Part shown: positions 1 through 12,354 of the stretch, piece after piece
Layout of the letters: every line of letters begins with the position of its first letter
How positions within the stretch are numbered: position 1 is the first letter of the stretch
Source of the DNA: Octopus sinensis
Lineage: Eukaryota
Assembly: GCF_006345805.1 (NCBI RefSeq)
Contig: NC_043000.1
Location: forward strand, 24,924,001-24,988,000
Length of the DNA stretch: 64,000 nt
Direction: 5' to 3'
Notes under the pieces: generated by a model
Database searches by the model: none
Seen by the model: the letters and a program-made list of their open reading frames with translations, nothing else
What the model was told of the DNA's origin: nothing
Position numbers and translations under genes: made by a program

Positions 1-147
1 TTCAGGCTGACAAAGGACCGAGATGTCTGGTGCCTTGCTGTACTCAAGAAGACTAGTACTCTGCAGCAGAAGTTTCCCTAAGGACAGGTCTTAACACTTA
101 ACAAGGATTGACTTGTAAGAGTCTTTGGCCAGTGCAAGGTAAAAACA

Positions 148-508
148 CTTGTGGTGGTGCCACATAAAAGCGCCTGTGTGGTGCCATATAAAAAGCACCC
201 ATGCCATGCCACATAAAAGCACCCATGTGGAACCATGTAAAAGCACCCATGTGGAGCTGCATAAAAGTGCCCATATGGAACCACATAAAAGCACTCATGT
301 GGACCTGCATAAAAGTCCCTGTGCGGTGCCACGTAAAAGTATCCAGCATGCTCTGTAAAGTGATTGGCTTTATGAAGGGTATCCAGATGTAGAAAACCAT
401 GCTAAATTGGACTGGAGTCTGGTGCAGTTCCCCAGCTTGTTAGCTCTGGTCAAACCATCCAACCCATGCCAGCATGGACAACAGACATTAAATGATGATG
501 AGGATGAT
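148..508 (+). mobile_element. Family C retroelement 3' end with 21-22 bp tandem array and (GAT)n tail
   Basis: About nine GTGCCACATAAAAGCACCCAT-like units, then GAAGGGTATCCAG.TGTAGAAA motif and CCATGCCAGCATGG..TTAAATGATGATG. Confidence 0.8.
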
Positions 509-954
509 ATATAAAATTTAATGTTCATTTTAAGAGAAAGAGAAACCAATATACATTAATAATAGAATGGCTTAAACAGGAATATCACACCCAGCTATAA
601 TACTTAAAACCCTCTAGTTTTGCTCCCCCCAGATTTCAATTTCAATTCACACTAACTTCAACTAAGCCACCTGGGGTAGGAGCAGGAGGGGCTCATGTAA
701 TAATAATCATGATTGCTGTAATGATTATCAATAATTATTGGACAATGGTAGAAATGACCATTATCATCATCATTGCTGTTTAACATCTACTTTTCCTTGC
801 AGGCATGGATCAGATGGAACTTGCTGAGACAGATTTTCTATGGATGGATGCTCTTCCTGTCATCAACCCTTTCCTATTTCCAATCAAATTAATATTTCCA
901 TATGGAAGACTTTGAGACTGACAATGCTAGACAAGATACAAACAAACACATGCA

Positions 955-1122
955 TATATGATGGGATTCTTTCAGTTTCCATCTACCAAATCCACTCACA
1001 AGACTTTTATCTGCCTGTGACCATAGTAGAAGACACATGCCCAAGGTGCTATGCAATGGGCTTGAACTCAAGACCACCTAGTTGGGAAGCTTCTTAATTA
1101 CACACAGCCATACCTGCACCTA
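955..1122 (-). mobile_element. SINE family A (tRNA head + CORE-like domain), 5' half
   Basis: Homology to family A copies such as 30586-31003. Confidence 0.8.
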
Positions 1123-1440
1123 TTGCCACACCTGTATTGCAAGCGTCTGTGAATTAATCCAAATGGATAACTACTCAGATAGATAATTCAATATTCTGCA
1201 TCCAAATCCAACCGAGGTTAACTTTGCGATTTATCATTCCGAAAACCAATAAAATAAGTATCAATAATGTTCTGTGGATAAATTCAGTTAACTACACTCA
1301 TCTCCAACAAATCTGCCGTTGTTATTGTTTAACCCTAGGTAAACCTTGATCCTGCTAAACTATAATCAAAAATCATTCATTCATTTGTTTGCTTTTGCAT
1401 CCATGTTTTCATGCTAGCATGGATTAGATTAATATATTCA

Positions 1441-1652
1441 TTTCTACTCTAGGCACAAGGCCTGAAATTTGGGGGGAGGGAGCCAGTCGATTAGATCGAC
1501 CCCAGTACGCAACTAGTACTTAATTTATCAATCCCAAAAGGATGAAAGGCAAAGTTGACCGTGGCGGAATTTGAAATCAGAACGTAAACACAGACAAAAT
1601 ATGACTAAGCATTTTGCCCAGTGTGCTAACATTTCAGCCAGCTCACAGCCTT
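1441..1652 (-). mobile_element. SINE family B (tRNA head + Deu/Nin-like domain)
   Basis: CTTTGCCTTTCATCCTTT.GGG..GATAAATTAAGTAC domain; a second copy lies on plus strand at 1731-1950. Confidence 0.85.
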
Positions 1653-2497
1653 AGATTAATATATTGTTGAGGCGTTGTTTCACAGCCAGATGCCTTTCCT
1701 GTTGAAGTCATGTTAATATTGGGTGTCCATCAGGGTGGCAAACTAGCAGAATTGTTAGTACGATGGACAAAATGCTCAACGGCATTTCATCTGTTTTATG
1801 TTCTGAGTTCAAATTCTTGTGATGTTGACATTGTCTATCATCCTTTCTGGGTCGATAAAATAAGTACCAGTTGAGCACTGGGGGGGTGGGGTCATCAATG
1901 TAATTGAACTTGCTGGTCTTGTGCCAAAATTGGAATCTAATATCGCATATCCATAACACTGGACAAGGCAAGTTTCTTATCTCATGACTCTAAGTTCAGA
2001 AATATACTGGCATCGACTTTGCCATTATTCATTTTCTGATGTTTATGAAATTAAGAACAAGTCAAAGACTGGATCCATTCAGTTGACTCCTTATCTTTGA
2101 AAATTAACTTAAAATGATTTATCCTGGGCTTAATAAAAAACAAAATCTAACAAATATTCTAAATATTCTTGGAGGAAATATCTGAGTGTTTTTCTTCAAT
2201 ATTTTTCTACGGGAGAAAGGAGTGAAGAAGGATGGTCACAAGTAAAAGAGAGAAACAGGGAGATTTTAAACCTTTTGTTTATATATGTAGAAATTCAGGG
2301 AACAAATTTTCTTAAAATCTTTAGAATTTTAATTATAAATAAAAACTTTTCTCCTTATCATTTCCCTCTCTCAAAACAGATCAATGTTATTGAATATTTA
2401 AACATATAAACATTAATTTCTATAAATATACACACAATAAGGGTGAATATTGAAATATAAAACAATTTCTAAACACACACACACATGTACATATGTA

Positions 2498-2549
<52 letters not shown>

Positions 2550-3185
2550 TATATATGTTATATGCATGCAAATAGACCTGTTGTATTAAGTTTCTCAACT
2601 TGAAGAGTCTGTGTATGTGTCTGCAAGCATGTATGGCATACGTACGCACACATACATTCACACACATAAAAATCCTGGAGCTGTAAATAAGTGATTAACT
2701 GACCGAGCAGAGAAGGAATAAGTGGCTGAAAGTGGTGGCAATCAATAACTCGAAGAGATAGTCAGACAGAGTTAATATAACATTTGCAGTGTTGCACAAG
2801 TTTTGAAAGAGGGGGGAAAGGAATAAAAAATAAATAAAAACAATAAATATATGAATAATAAAAATATAAAGTAAAGTGGAAGAAGCAGTGTTAAACATCT
2901 ATACTGTAGAAATGAAATGGAAAGAAAGAAAAAAATTGCAAAAAAAAAAGGATAAAAGATGAATGAAAGAAAGAAGGAAAGTGGAAATGACGACTTTTTA
3001 GATTAGAGAGAGATGTGAAACTAGCATTACAAATGTGTCTGAACAACTGAATAAATGATAAAAAAAATAGTATTGGTGTGTTTGGCCCGTTTCCAGAATG
3101 CCGGCTTTACAATATTTTTTTTTTTTTAATCACTGTTGCAATGTCAAGATTTCATTTAAAATAAATAAAAGAACAAATAAATAAA

Positions 3186-3555
3186 TAGGCACAGGTATGG
3201 CTGTGTGGTTAAGAAGATCGGTTTGGAACCACATGCTTTTGGGTTCAGTCCTATCGCGCGGCACTTGTGGTGGTGGGGGGGGGGGATGTCTGCTACTATA
3301 TGTCTGTGAGTGAATTTGGTAGATGGTAATTGTGTGGAGGTCTGTCATGTATACCTGTGTGTGTGTATTCATGTGTATCCCCCACACTACTCGATAACTG
3401 GTGATGGTTTGTTTATGTCCCCACAAGTTGGTGGCTCTGTAAACGAGACTGATAGAATAAGTACCAGACAGGGGTCAATTACTTTAACAAAACCGCATAA
3501 GCTATGTCCCAGCATGGCCACAGTTCAATGACTAGAAGAACTAAAAGATAAATAA
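3186..3555 (+). mobile_element. SINE family A, near full length
   Basis: GGCTGTGTGGTTAAG head, GGGTTCAGTCC B box, CCCAGCATGGCCACAG..AAAGA tail. Confidence 0.85.
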
Positions 3556-3900
3556 AACACACTCATACAGGAAACACCAAAACAAAAAAAACATCGTGTT
3601 CCCATGCTCTTAGTTTAGCCCTTATGTAAAAAAAAACAAAAAAAAAAAACTAAATGGGGGTACACACTGATGCAATTAATTTATGCCTGGCAGGTATCAA
3701 AAAGAATATAAATTAAATTTTCTCTGAAAAAATCAGGTCAGCCTTGTTTTATGTGGTAACACCTACTTAACATATTAATCCCTAAGCCTTTTATTATTTA
3801 CCTTGCATTTTCCCTTCCCTCTAAAATCTTTCCCTCATCACAGGTTCTCACAGCATTCTTGCACAATTCATTTCCCACACTTAAAAAACACCCTCACCTA

Positions 3901-4062
3901 TTTATTACCCTGTACGCGTAAGCGAAAGCAGGGTATTGTAATCCCTCGTCCTTGTTTGTCTGTGTGTTTTCAAAATTACTGGGAAACGACTGAACGGATT
4001 TTCACCACATTTGACAGAAATACTCATTGGGTGAGTGGCTCAAAACGACAACCATTTGGCTT
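3901..4062 (+). mobile_element. Helentron-associated (HINE/DINE-1-like) element fragment
   Basis: TTATTACCCTG..CAGGGTATTG subterminal hairpin, GTCTGT tract, AACGACTGAACGGATTTTCACCACATTT motif resembling this class; single copy here. Confidence 0.5.
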
Positions 4063-4066
4063 GATT

Positions 4067-4340
4067 CATCATCATCATCATCATTTAATGTCCACTTTCC
4101 ATGCTAGCATGGGTTGGACGATTTGACTGAGGTCTGGCAAACCAAACTCCAATCTGATCTGGCAGAGTTTCAACAGCTGGATGCCCTTCCTAATGCCAAC
4201 CACTCCAAAGGTGTAGTGGGTGCTTTTACGTGTCACCAGCACGAGGGCCAGTTTGGTGGAACTGGCAACGGTCATGCCCAAATTGTGCTTTTTATGTGCC
4301 ACCCGCACAGGAGCCAGTCCAGCGGCACTGGCGACGATCT
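4067..4340 (-). mobile_element. Family C 3' end
   Basis: Family C homology. Confidence 0.85.
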
Positions 4341-4370
4341 CCTTATAACAAAAAAAATTCTTAAATATCG

Positions 4371-4580
4371 ATGGCTGTGTGGTAAGAAGCTTGCTTTCCA
4401 ACCACATGGTTCCAGGTTCAATCCCACTACGTGGCATCTTGGGAAAGTGTCTTTCTTCTACTATAGCCTCGGGATAACCAAAGCCTTATGAGTAGATCTG
4501 GTAGACAGAAACTGAAAGAAGCCCATTGTATGTATGTATATATATATATATATATATACAATGTGTGTGTGTGTGTATTG
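4371..4580 (+). mobile_element. SINE family A, 5' half
   Basis: Head, GGCATCTTGGGAAAGTGTC CORE-like segment, internal microsatellite. Confidence 0.85.
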
Positions 4581-4756
4581 TGCGGAAAGTGTATGTGCAT
4601 ACGTGAATGTTTACATTCTAGACACAGGAGACAGCAAAACAAACAAAGGGTTCATAAAGCATGTATTTATTGTCTGTACCACTTGGTTTTGTTAAAATGA
4701 GAAATGATGGTGATGATGATGATATTGTTGATGAAGGTAATAATATTGATAATGCA

Positions 4757-4966
4757 GCAAGCTGACAGAATCATTAGCACATCAGGTAAAATAAATGCAT
4801 AGCAACATCTTTATGTTCTGAGTTCAAATTCCGTTGAAGTAGAATTTGTCTTTGATCCTTTCAAGGTTGATAAAATAAGTACCAGTTGATCATTAGGGGT
4901 CAATGTGATCGACTTACTTTCTCCCTCAGAATTGCTGGCCTTGTTGCCAAAATGTGAAACCAATAT
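4757..4966 (+). mobile_element. SINE family B
   Basis: GTTCTGAGTTCAAATTCC box and Deu-like domain. Confidence 0.8.
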
Positions 4967-4984
4967 TGGAGATGAGAAGGATGA

Positions 4985-5292
4985 GGATGAAGAAGACAAA
5001 TATGATGATGATGATGATAATGATGATGATATTTAGTGATGATGATGATGATGATGATGACAATGATGATATTAAGTGATGGCTATGATGATGACAATGT
5101 TGATGATGATCTTAACTGATGGTTATGATGATGGTATTAAGTGATGGCTATGACGATGATGATGATGGTGATATTAATTGATGGTTATGATGATGATGAT
5201 GATAATATTAACTGCTGATTATGATGATGATGATGATATTCATTGATGGCAATGACAATGATGATGATGATAATGACAATGGTGGTGATGAC
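4985..5292 (+). repeat. Degenerate (GAT)n with higher-order units
   Basis: Recurrent GATATTAAGTGATGG(C/T)TATGATGAT blocks. Confidence 0.9.
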
Positions 5293-6107
5293 AAATTGTT
5301 TCACTTCTTAATCCTTCTACACCAAATTCTGTAATGATTCTTTATAATTCTATATTGGAATTATTTTACCGAAATAAGCTGAGTAGAACAACAACATAAA
5401 TACAATAAAAAAAGAACAAATAAAACCAAAAGAGGGTAAGAAATACAATAACTGCCTTCAATTTTCCTCAGTTAAAAATTTCCTATAACAAGAATTTTAT
5501 CACGAGGTGATCTTCATAAGAACATAATCTGAAGTTTTGAAGATCAAGTGTAACATATGAAGTATTTCTTCAATATTTCCAAAGAAATTTGGCTTTGATT
5601 TTGTGGGGTGGCAAGAGATGAGGGTGGGTGGGAAATGACTTTAAACATCGATTATATCAGACCATTTCAGAAGTCGTAGACTGGCCTTCTAGGGGGGTGG
5701 AGAAGACGGAATGAAAATGGAGTCGAACAATGAAGTAATTCTCGACCAATAAAAAAAATAACACAAATGAATAGTAGGAATTACCAATAAAGATATCGGC
5801 GGTATTATTATGGAATTGTGATGGAATGTTTTCTGGTAATTCTCTTTTATCGAATAGAAGCCTTAAAAATTCTTGTTAAGATTGATTGACTAACAGATAG
5901 AATCCAACAAGAAAAACATTAAAAAAAAATTTAAAAGATTAATATAAATAACATATTAGTGTTTGATAAAAGTTATTGATCATCTGTTTAAGTTTGGTCT
6001 TATTTTTGGCTTTTATTTATTAATTTCTTTTTTTCTTTTTTTGTTTTTGCATTTAAAAATAGTAATATGACAATTAACCTACAACTGTGTCTGAAGAAAT
6101 ATTTCAA

Positions 6108-6440
6108 AGGTGTGGCTGTGTGGTAAGAAGTTTGCTTCCGAAACACATGGTTCCAGGTTCAGTCCTACAGTGTGGCACCTTGGGCAAGTGTTTTCTTTTA
6201 TAGCCTTGACTCAACCAAAGCCTTGTGAACAGATTTGCTAAATGGAAAGACGACCAGTGTTGGTGTGTTTACATCCCTGTAACTTAGCATTTTGGCAAAC
6301 GAGACCAATAGAATAAGCACAAGGCCTAAAAGTAATAAAAAAAAAGTACTGGAATCAATTCATTCGACAAAGATTGTTCTAGGTGGTACCCCAGCATGGC
6401 CACCGTCTTATAACAGAAACAAGTAAAAAATAAAAAGATA
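6108..6440 (+). mobile_element. SINE family A with internal deletion
   Basis: Head, CORE-like segment and tail; microsatellite block missing. Confidence 0.85.
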
Positions 6441-7691
6441 AATATCGAGTTGAGGATGTTTGACCCTCAACAAAATTTTGCATTTCTGTGTATCATCATC
6501 ATCATTATAGTTTTAACATCCACTTTTCCATGTTTGCATGGGTCAGATGGAGTTTATTGTGGCAGATTTTCTAAGGCTAGATGACTGAAACAAATAAAAG
6601 AATAAATGCAGTTCAGTGACTGACTGTACTAAAATCAAATCCTCTTCGCAAGAGGAAGAATAAACATATATAATACTTGTCTTCAGAGTTTCTTATCAAA
6701 GTTCAGGCAAGGACAGGTGTGATGCATCAGAATTACAAAATATATTCTGTTTCTCTTTATTACTTCTACTCTACATTTCAAAAGCGTGTATATTTTATGT
6801 CTGTGTGTTTATTACACCACACCCAGCAACAGCACTAACACATATCAATCATTTAGCTTTGGTTAGTCAGGATTGCTTTTAACAGTTCCTTATCTATTTC
6901 TCCTCTCGCCTTTCTCATGCAGCTCTTCCTCTCTTTCTCATACACTCCTCTATATCACCCCACATCCACTCACTCATACTCACTCCTTTTCCACCTTCTT
7001 ACTCCTATCCTTCTCATTCATTCATACAACACAAACATGAAATATTAAACTTGGCTTTCTTTCTCACTGCACATTCTTTTAAATTGAAAATATTTGGATT
7101 TGTGAGATAATCCAATGTTTATAGATTACATTCATTTATTTATTTATTTTGGCAGTTTAGACATGGCATTAGGGTGCATTAAACATTGTAAACACCGTTT
7201 CCTATTTCATCATTTCCACAGCAAAGACAACGAACAGCAAAAGGAGTGACTTACCTAAAGAATCTATCTCGTTGCAAGTGATATACCTTAGTATCTAATC
7301 TAGTCTGAATCATAACAGTTTTGGTTCCAGATAAGATTGGAAAACGTGCTTGAATCTAAATTCCTTCTACTTCAAGCCTTTTATTTTTTATTTATCTTTT
7401 TTTTCAGAAACTACAGGGGTCTGTTTAGGGGTTTGGTCATTATCATAAAAGCTGAATGATAAACTTCCATCCCAGAGAACATTCCTGGAATGAGTGTGAT
7501 ATGAAGCATATTGATATGCCTTTTCCCAGTTCTGGAAACCTCTGAGGAATTTCCTACTGATAGCAGGACTAATAATCACCATAAGCATCTAGATATCACT
7601 CACAAGAACCAGTATGAATGCTTTTTTATGGTTGACTTACTTGAAGTAGCAGTCATGCTTGACTTACATTATGCCATCTTATAAAATTATT

Positions 7692-8375
7692 GCTGGTGCC
7701 GTGTAAAAAGCACTGGTGCTGGTGCCACATAAAACGTACCCTGACGCTAGAAACCATGCCAAAGCAGAAAACCGGAGCTTGGTGCAGCTTTCTGGCTTGC
7801 CATCTCCTGTCAAGCTATCCAACCCATGCCAGCATAGAAAACAGACACTGAATGATGATGATGATAATGTAGTCTTCTGTACTCCTATAATGACTGATAT
7901 GCCTTGGCTCAAGATTGATTTGGAGATTTACAACAACAAAAAGAGCAACAAATCTTTTGCATTACCAACGTTGCCTTACTGGCACCTGTGCCGGTGGCAT
8001 ATGTAAAAAGATTCGAGCGAGGTCATTGCCAGTACCACCTGACTGGCCCCCATGCCATAGTATGTAAAAGGACACCATTCGAGCGTGATCGCTACCAACG
8101 TTGCCTTACTGGCACCTGTGCCGGTGGCATGTGTAAAAGATTCGAGCGAGGTCATTACCAGTACCGCCTGACTGGCCCCCGTGCCTGTGGCACATAAAAA
8201 GCACCCACTACACTCTCGGAGTGGTTGGCATTAGGAAGGGCATCCAGCTGTAGAAACTTTGCCAGATCAAGATTGGAGCCTGGAGCAGCCATCTGGTTCG
8301 CCAGACCTCAGTCAAAATCGTCCAACCCATGCTAGCATGGAAAGCAGACGTTAAACAATGATGATGATGATGATG
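7692..8375 (+). mobile_element. Two family C copies (7692-7868; 7962-8375 with about 130-bp unit dimer)
   Basis: Family C homology; 7971-8100 repeated from 8101. Confidence 0.85.
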
Positions 8376-8411
8376 TTGTACAAAATACAGTTGTTTAGCC
8401 ATGTTGTTATA

Positions 8412-8448
<37 letters not shown>

Positions 8449-8809
8449 TCATTCCCATTTCACTCCTTTTCTTTTCTCTCTTCTTTCTTTGCTTCCCTCG
8501 CCTCTTTCTTTTCCATTCTGTCTCTCTCTACTTTTCGAAACTGTTTCATTATTGAATATTTGATATTGTGGAAGAGATTTACTCTATGGAAATAATTGTT
8601 TTAAAAATTCTTAAAAATATTTGTATTTACAGAAGCGTCAAACCATGCAAACTTGTAAAAACAAGCTATACAAACACTGTGAGTTGGTTTGGTACACAGA
8701 AACTGTGTGTGTGTGTGTGTAAGCAGGTAAGATAAATGAAAAATACAAAATAAAGGTGACCTATTTCTAGCATATTGGATGTCCACTTAGTGGTCATCCC
8801 TTCTTATAC

Positions 8810-8844
<35 letters not shown>

Positions 8845-8845
8845 C

Positions 8846-9106
8846 AAGCCTTGTGAGTGGATTTGGTAGACGGAAACTGAAAGAAGCCTGTCATGTGTAT
8901 ATATATATGTATGGTAAGTGCGTGTATATGTTTGTCTGTGTTCATCCCCCCAACATCGCTTGACAACCAATGCTGGTGTGTTTACGTCCCGAGACCAATA
9001 GAATAAGTACTAGCCTTACAAAGAATAAGTCCTGGGGTCGATTTGCTCAACTAAAGGTGGGGCTCCAGCATGGCTGCAGTCAAATGACTGAAACAAGTAA
9101 AAGAGA
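8846..9106 (+). mobile_element. SINE family A, 5'-truncated
   Basis: Body and tail match family A. Confidence 0.85.
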
Positions 9107-9145
9107 GAGTGTGTATGTATGTATGTATATACAAACACGTACATA

Positions 9146-10198
9146 CAGGGTGTCCCAAAATTAAGGCAACCAAATTTTTTCAATTTTACCAAAGCAAAAT
9201 ATTGTTATATTTTGGGTCCGAGTGTTGCAATGCAATGGTAAAGGTAACACAATTATGACAGTACCACATTTATTTGATATGAACACCTCTGTTTCAAATT
9301 ACAGCCTTAAGTACAAGTGTGAATGCTTCATACATGGCACACAGTTGTTTTGTGGAATCAAAGCCCATTCTTGGTGTAGTTTTGCCTGCAGAGAGTCGAG
9401 TGACGCATGAGGAGTGCTTGAGACTCTAGTCTCCAAAATGGACCATAAAGCAAAATCCAATGGGTTGAGATTGGGGCTTCTTCAGAGCCATACAACTTGC
9501 CTATGAATGATGGAATGTTTTTCTGAATCCAGCGATGTGTCTGTTTTGAGCAGTGGGGTGGTACTGAGTCCTGTTAGAGGCTCCAAGGTGTGCCTTGAAA
9601 CATCTCATTCACCCATGGAAGCAGTTCAACTTCCAGAATACGGCTAATGTATCATTGGGTGTTAATTTTCACACACGAGGGCACAAAAATGAGGGTAGAC
9701 CTTCCAGTGGCTGTCACAGCCACTCGAACCATAACTGACTGCAGATATTGATGTCAATTTAAGAGTGTACTACAGATGGAGCAAGATACACTCCAAAGTT
9801 GGTCATTCCAGTGGTTAACTGTCTGTTCGATGTCAAATTTCTTTTCATCATTAAACACCAGGTTGGGCAGTGAGTCTTCAGCAATCTGATACAGGATAAG
9901 ATAACTTCTCTCCAGTCTCATGGCTTTATAAACTTGTGTGAATTCATCGTGTTGGGGCAAGACCTGAGATTATCCTTCAGCACTCGATATATCAATGTTC
10001 AGGTTATTTTTGCTTTGGCAGCCAGTTTTCTGACAGAACAATGATGATTTCGCCATATCTTTTCTCTGGTACTTTTGATAAGCTGTGGCATCTACACATT
10101 TCTTTTTCAGTCACGTCCAGGTTGATCGGTGGTAGAACCAATCTCTTTAAATTTCTTGACAATTTTCCAGACTGTTGCTTGGTTAATTTTAAGCTTTT
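9146..10198 (-). mobile_element. Tc1/mariner transposon relic, maT (DD37D)-like transposase pseudogene
   Basis: TA-CAGGGTGTCCCAAAA terminal repeat at 9144-9160; minus-strand translation with stops and frameshifts gives LVFNDEKKF, QDSVPPH, RSPNLNPLD; D-to-D spacing 37 after restoring a 1-nt deletion. Confidence 0.85.
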
Positions 10199-10200
10199 AT

Positions 10201-10665
<465 letters not shown>

Positions 10666-11789
10666 AACCTGTATTACTTTTGTCTCCTTTGTGGAGGATT
10701 ATAATTGTATTTCAGTCTAGAGCAATTATCTAATTTATAAATCTGAATTCATTTAGTCTGAAACAAAAAGAAGACACACTAAGCTTTTATAACGATGTAT
10801 AATTTTCATATCTTATCACCTTTATTGATAATTATTAAAGCCTGAAAATTCAATTGCTTTAATTTCAGGACATCCTGTATGTGTGTGTATACCAAATAAG
10901 AAGAAGACAAAGAAGTCCTTTAACAGATTTTTAATGATTCGTTATCTGCTAGGAAGGGTATTCAGCCATAGAAACCAGGAAAAAGCAGACAGCAGAACTT
11001 GTCAGTTCCTGTCAAACCGTCCAACCCATGCCAGCATGGAAAACGAATTTTAGATAATGATGACAATACACATACATCTGTATATCATACTTGATGCAGA
11101 ACCATCGCAAAAAAGCAAATGAAATGAACAGAGGTATTCATCCAGAAATAATATTTTCATGGACATACTATGTTTAAAAACACAAATATATACCAGTAGC
11201 AGAAGAAAAGCAATGGTAATAATATGTAATTCTGCCTTGTTGGATTTTGTCAACAACATGTATTCACTTCTACTGTCATTCTAAGAGAAAACATGTCACA
11301 ACTGATATAGGAAAACAGTATTGTACATATAAGCTCTTAAGCTTAGGAGAAGTAATCATTCCCCCACAGCATTCGAAAAAATTGATATTAAGACAAAAGT
11401 TGATGATGCAGGAGATAATAAAATCATTTTTCAGACACTGCTTTGAAGGGTTTCAATTGATCCTATTGACCCGAGAATGGATTTAGTTTGGTACTTAGCT
11501 TATTGATCTCTGTCAACAGTAAGCTAGCTACAAAACAATGAGACAGCATAAACACATCTCTCTCACTCTCTCTCATACATATATATAATGTATGTATGTA
11601 TAAATTAATATAAACAGCTTAGCACAATTTAATACCATAAAGGAAAAATTTTATCGTCACTAATTGCGAGTGAGGGTGCTGAAGCACCTATATTGCAAGA
11701 AATAAGAGTTAAAAACTCTTAATGCTAAATGAAGTACACAATATATATACACTGACAAGGGAGATAACCACCCCATGAGTGACTCCAAG

Positions 11790-11842
11790 ATCACTGGATT
11801 AAGCTAATTTCGCCTATCAGTCATAAGCTCATCAGTAGTGAC
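11790..11842 (-). ncRNA. Type I hammerhead ribozyme motif, near-canonical
   Basis: Minus strand reads GUCACUA-CUGAUGA-GCUUAU(GACUG)AUAGGC-GAAA-UUA(GCU)UAAU-C-CAGUGAU: intact core, 6-bp stem II, 4-bp stem III, AUC cleavage triplet, 6-bp stem I with one A.C mismatch next to the core. Confidence 0.85.
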
Positions 11843-12218
11843 TACTCGGTTTGGCTAAATCAACCTAACAGTATATATATATGTATACCTGTCAGTATAT
11901 TTATATAAATTTATGGTTGATTTAGCGAAATGCTAATGTGTATACTAAAGATTAATACACACACATACATACACATGCAAGATACAAGACATAACAGGAA
12001 ATAATATACATGCATGCCAAGTATGTGTTATTTTGAAGGTAACAGTTTGACTCTCTACTTTGATAAAATGAATATAAATCTATCCACTCTGCTGTATTGG
12101 TGGATAATTCCATGGTTTGTTTTGAGCACTAAACAAGAACATAGAATCAAAACAAACCATGGTTTTATCTACTAGTTCCTCATTCTGTTTGGTATTAGAG
12201 AGGGAGAGAGAGAGAGAG

Positions 12219-12252
<34 letters not shown>

Positions 12253-12319
12253 TGTGTGACCACGTGTGTATCATTGGCAATTTTCTTTCTCCATCTTCCC
12301 TTCTTTGGACTTTTTCTAT

Positions 12320-12354
12320 ATTTCTGATGAAGAGCTCCGCTCGAAACGTGAAAT
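12320..12354 (+). ncRNA. Minimal hammerhead motif (Penelope LTR type), probably inactive copy
   Basis: AUUU-CUGAUGA-A-GAGC(UCC)GCUC-GAAA-CGU-G-AAAU; palindromic ACGU stem III; position 17 is G instead of A/C/U. Confidence 0.65.

Noticed and set aside
148-350. CRISPR-like array (also 44389-44860)
   Set aside because: Units are tandem and wholly homologous with no unique spacers; eukaryotic retroelement context; no cas genes
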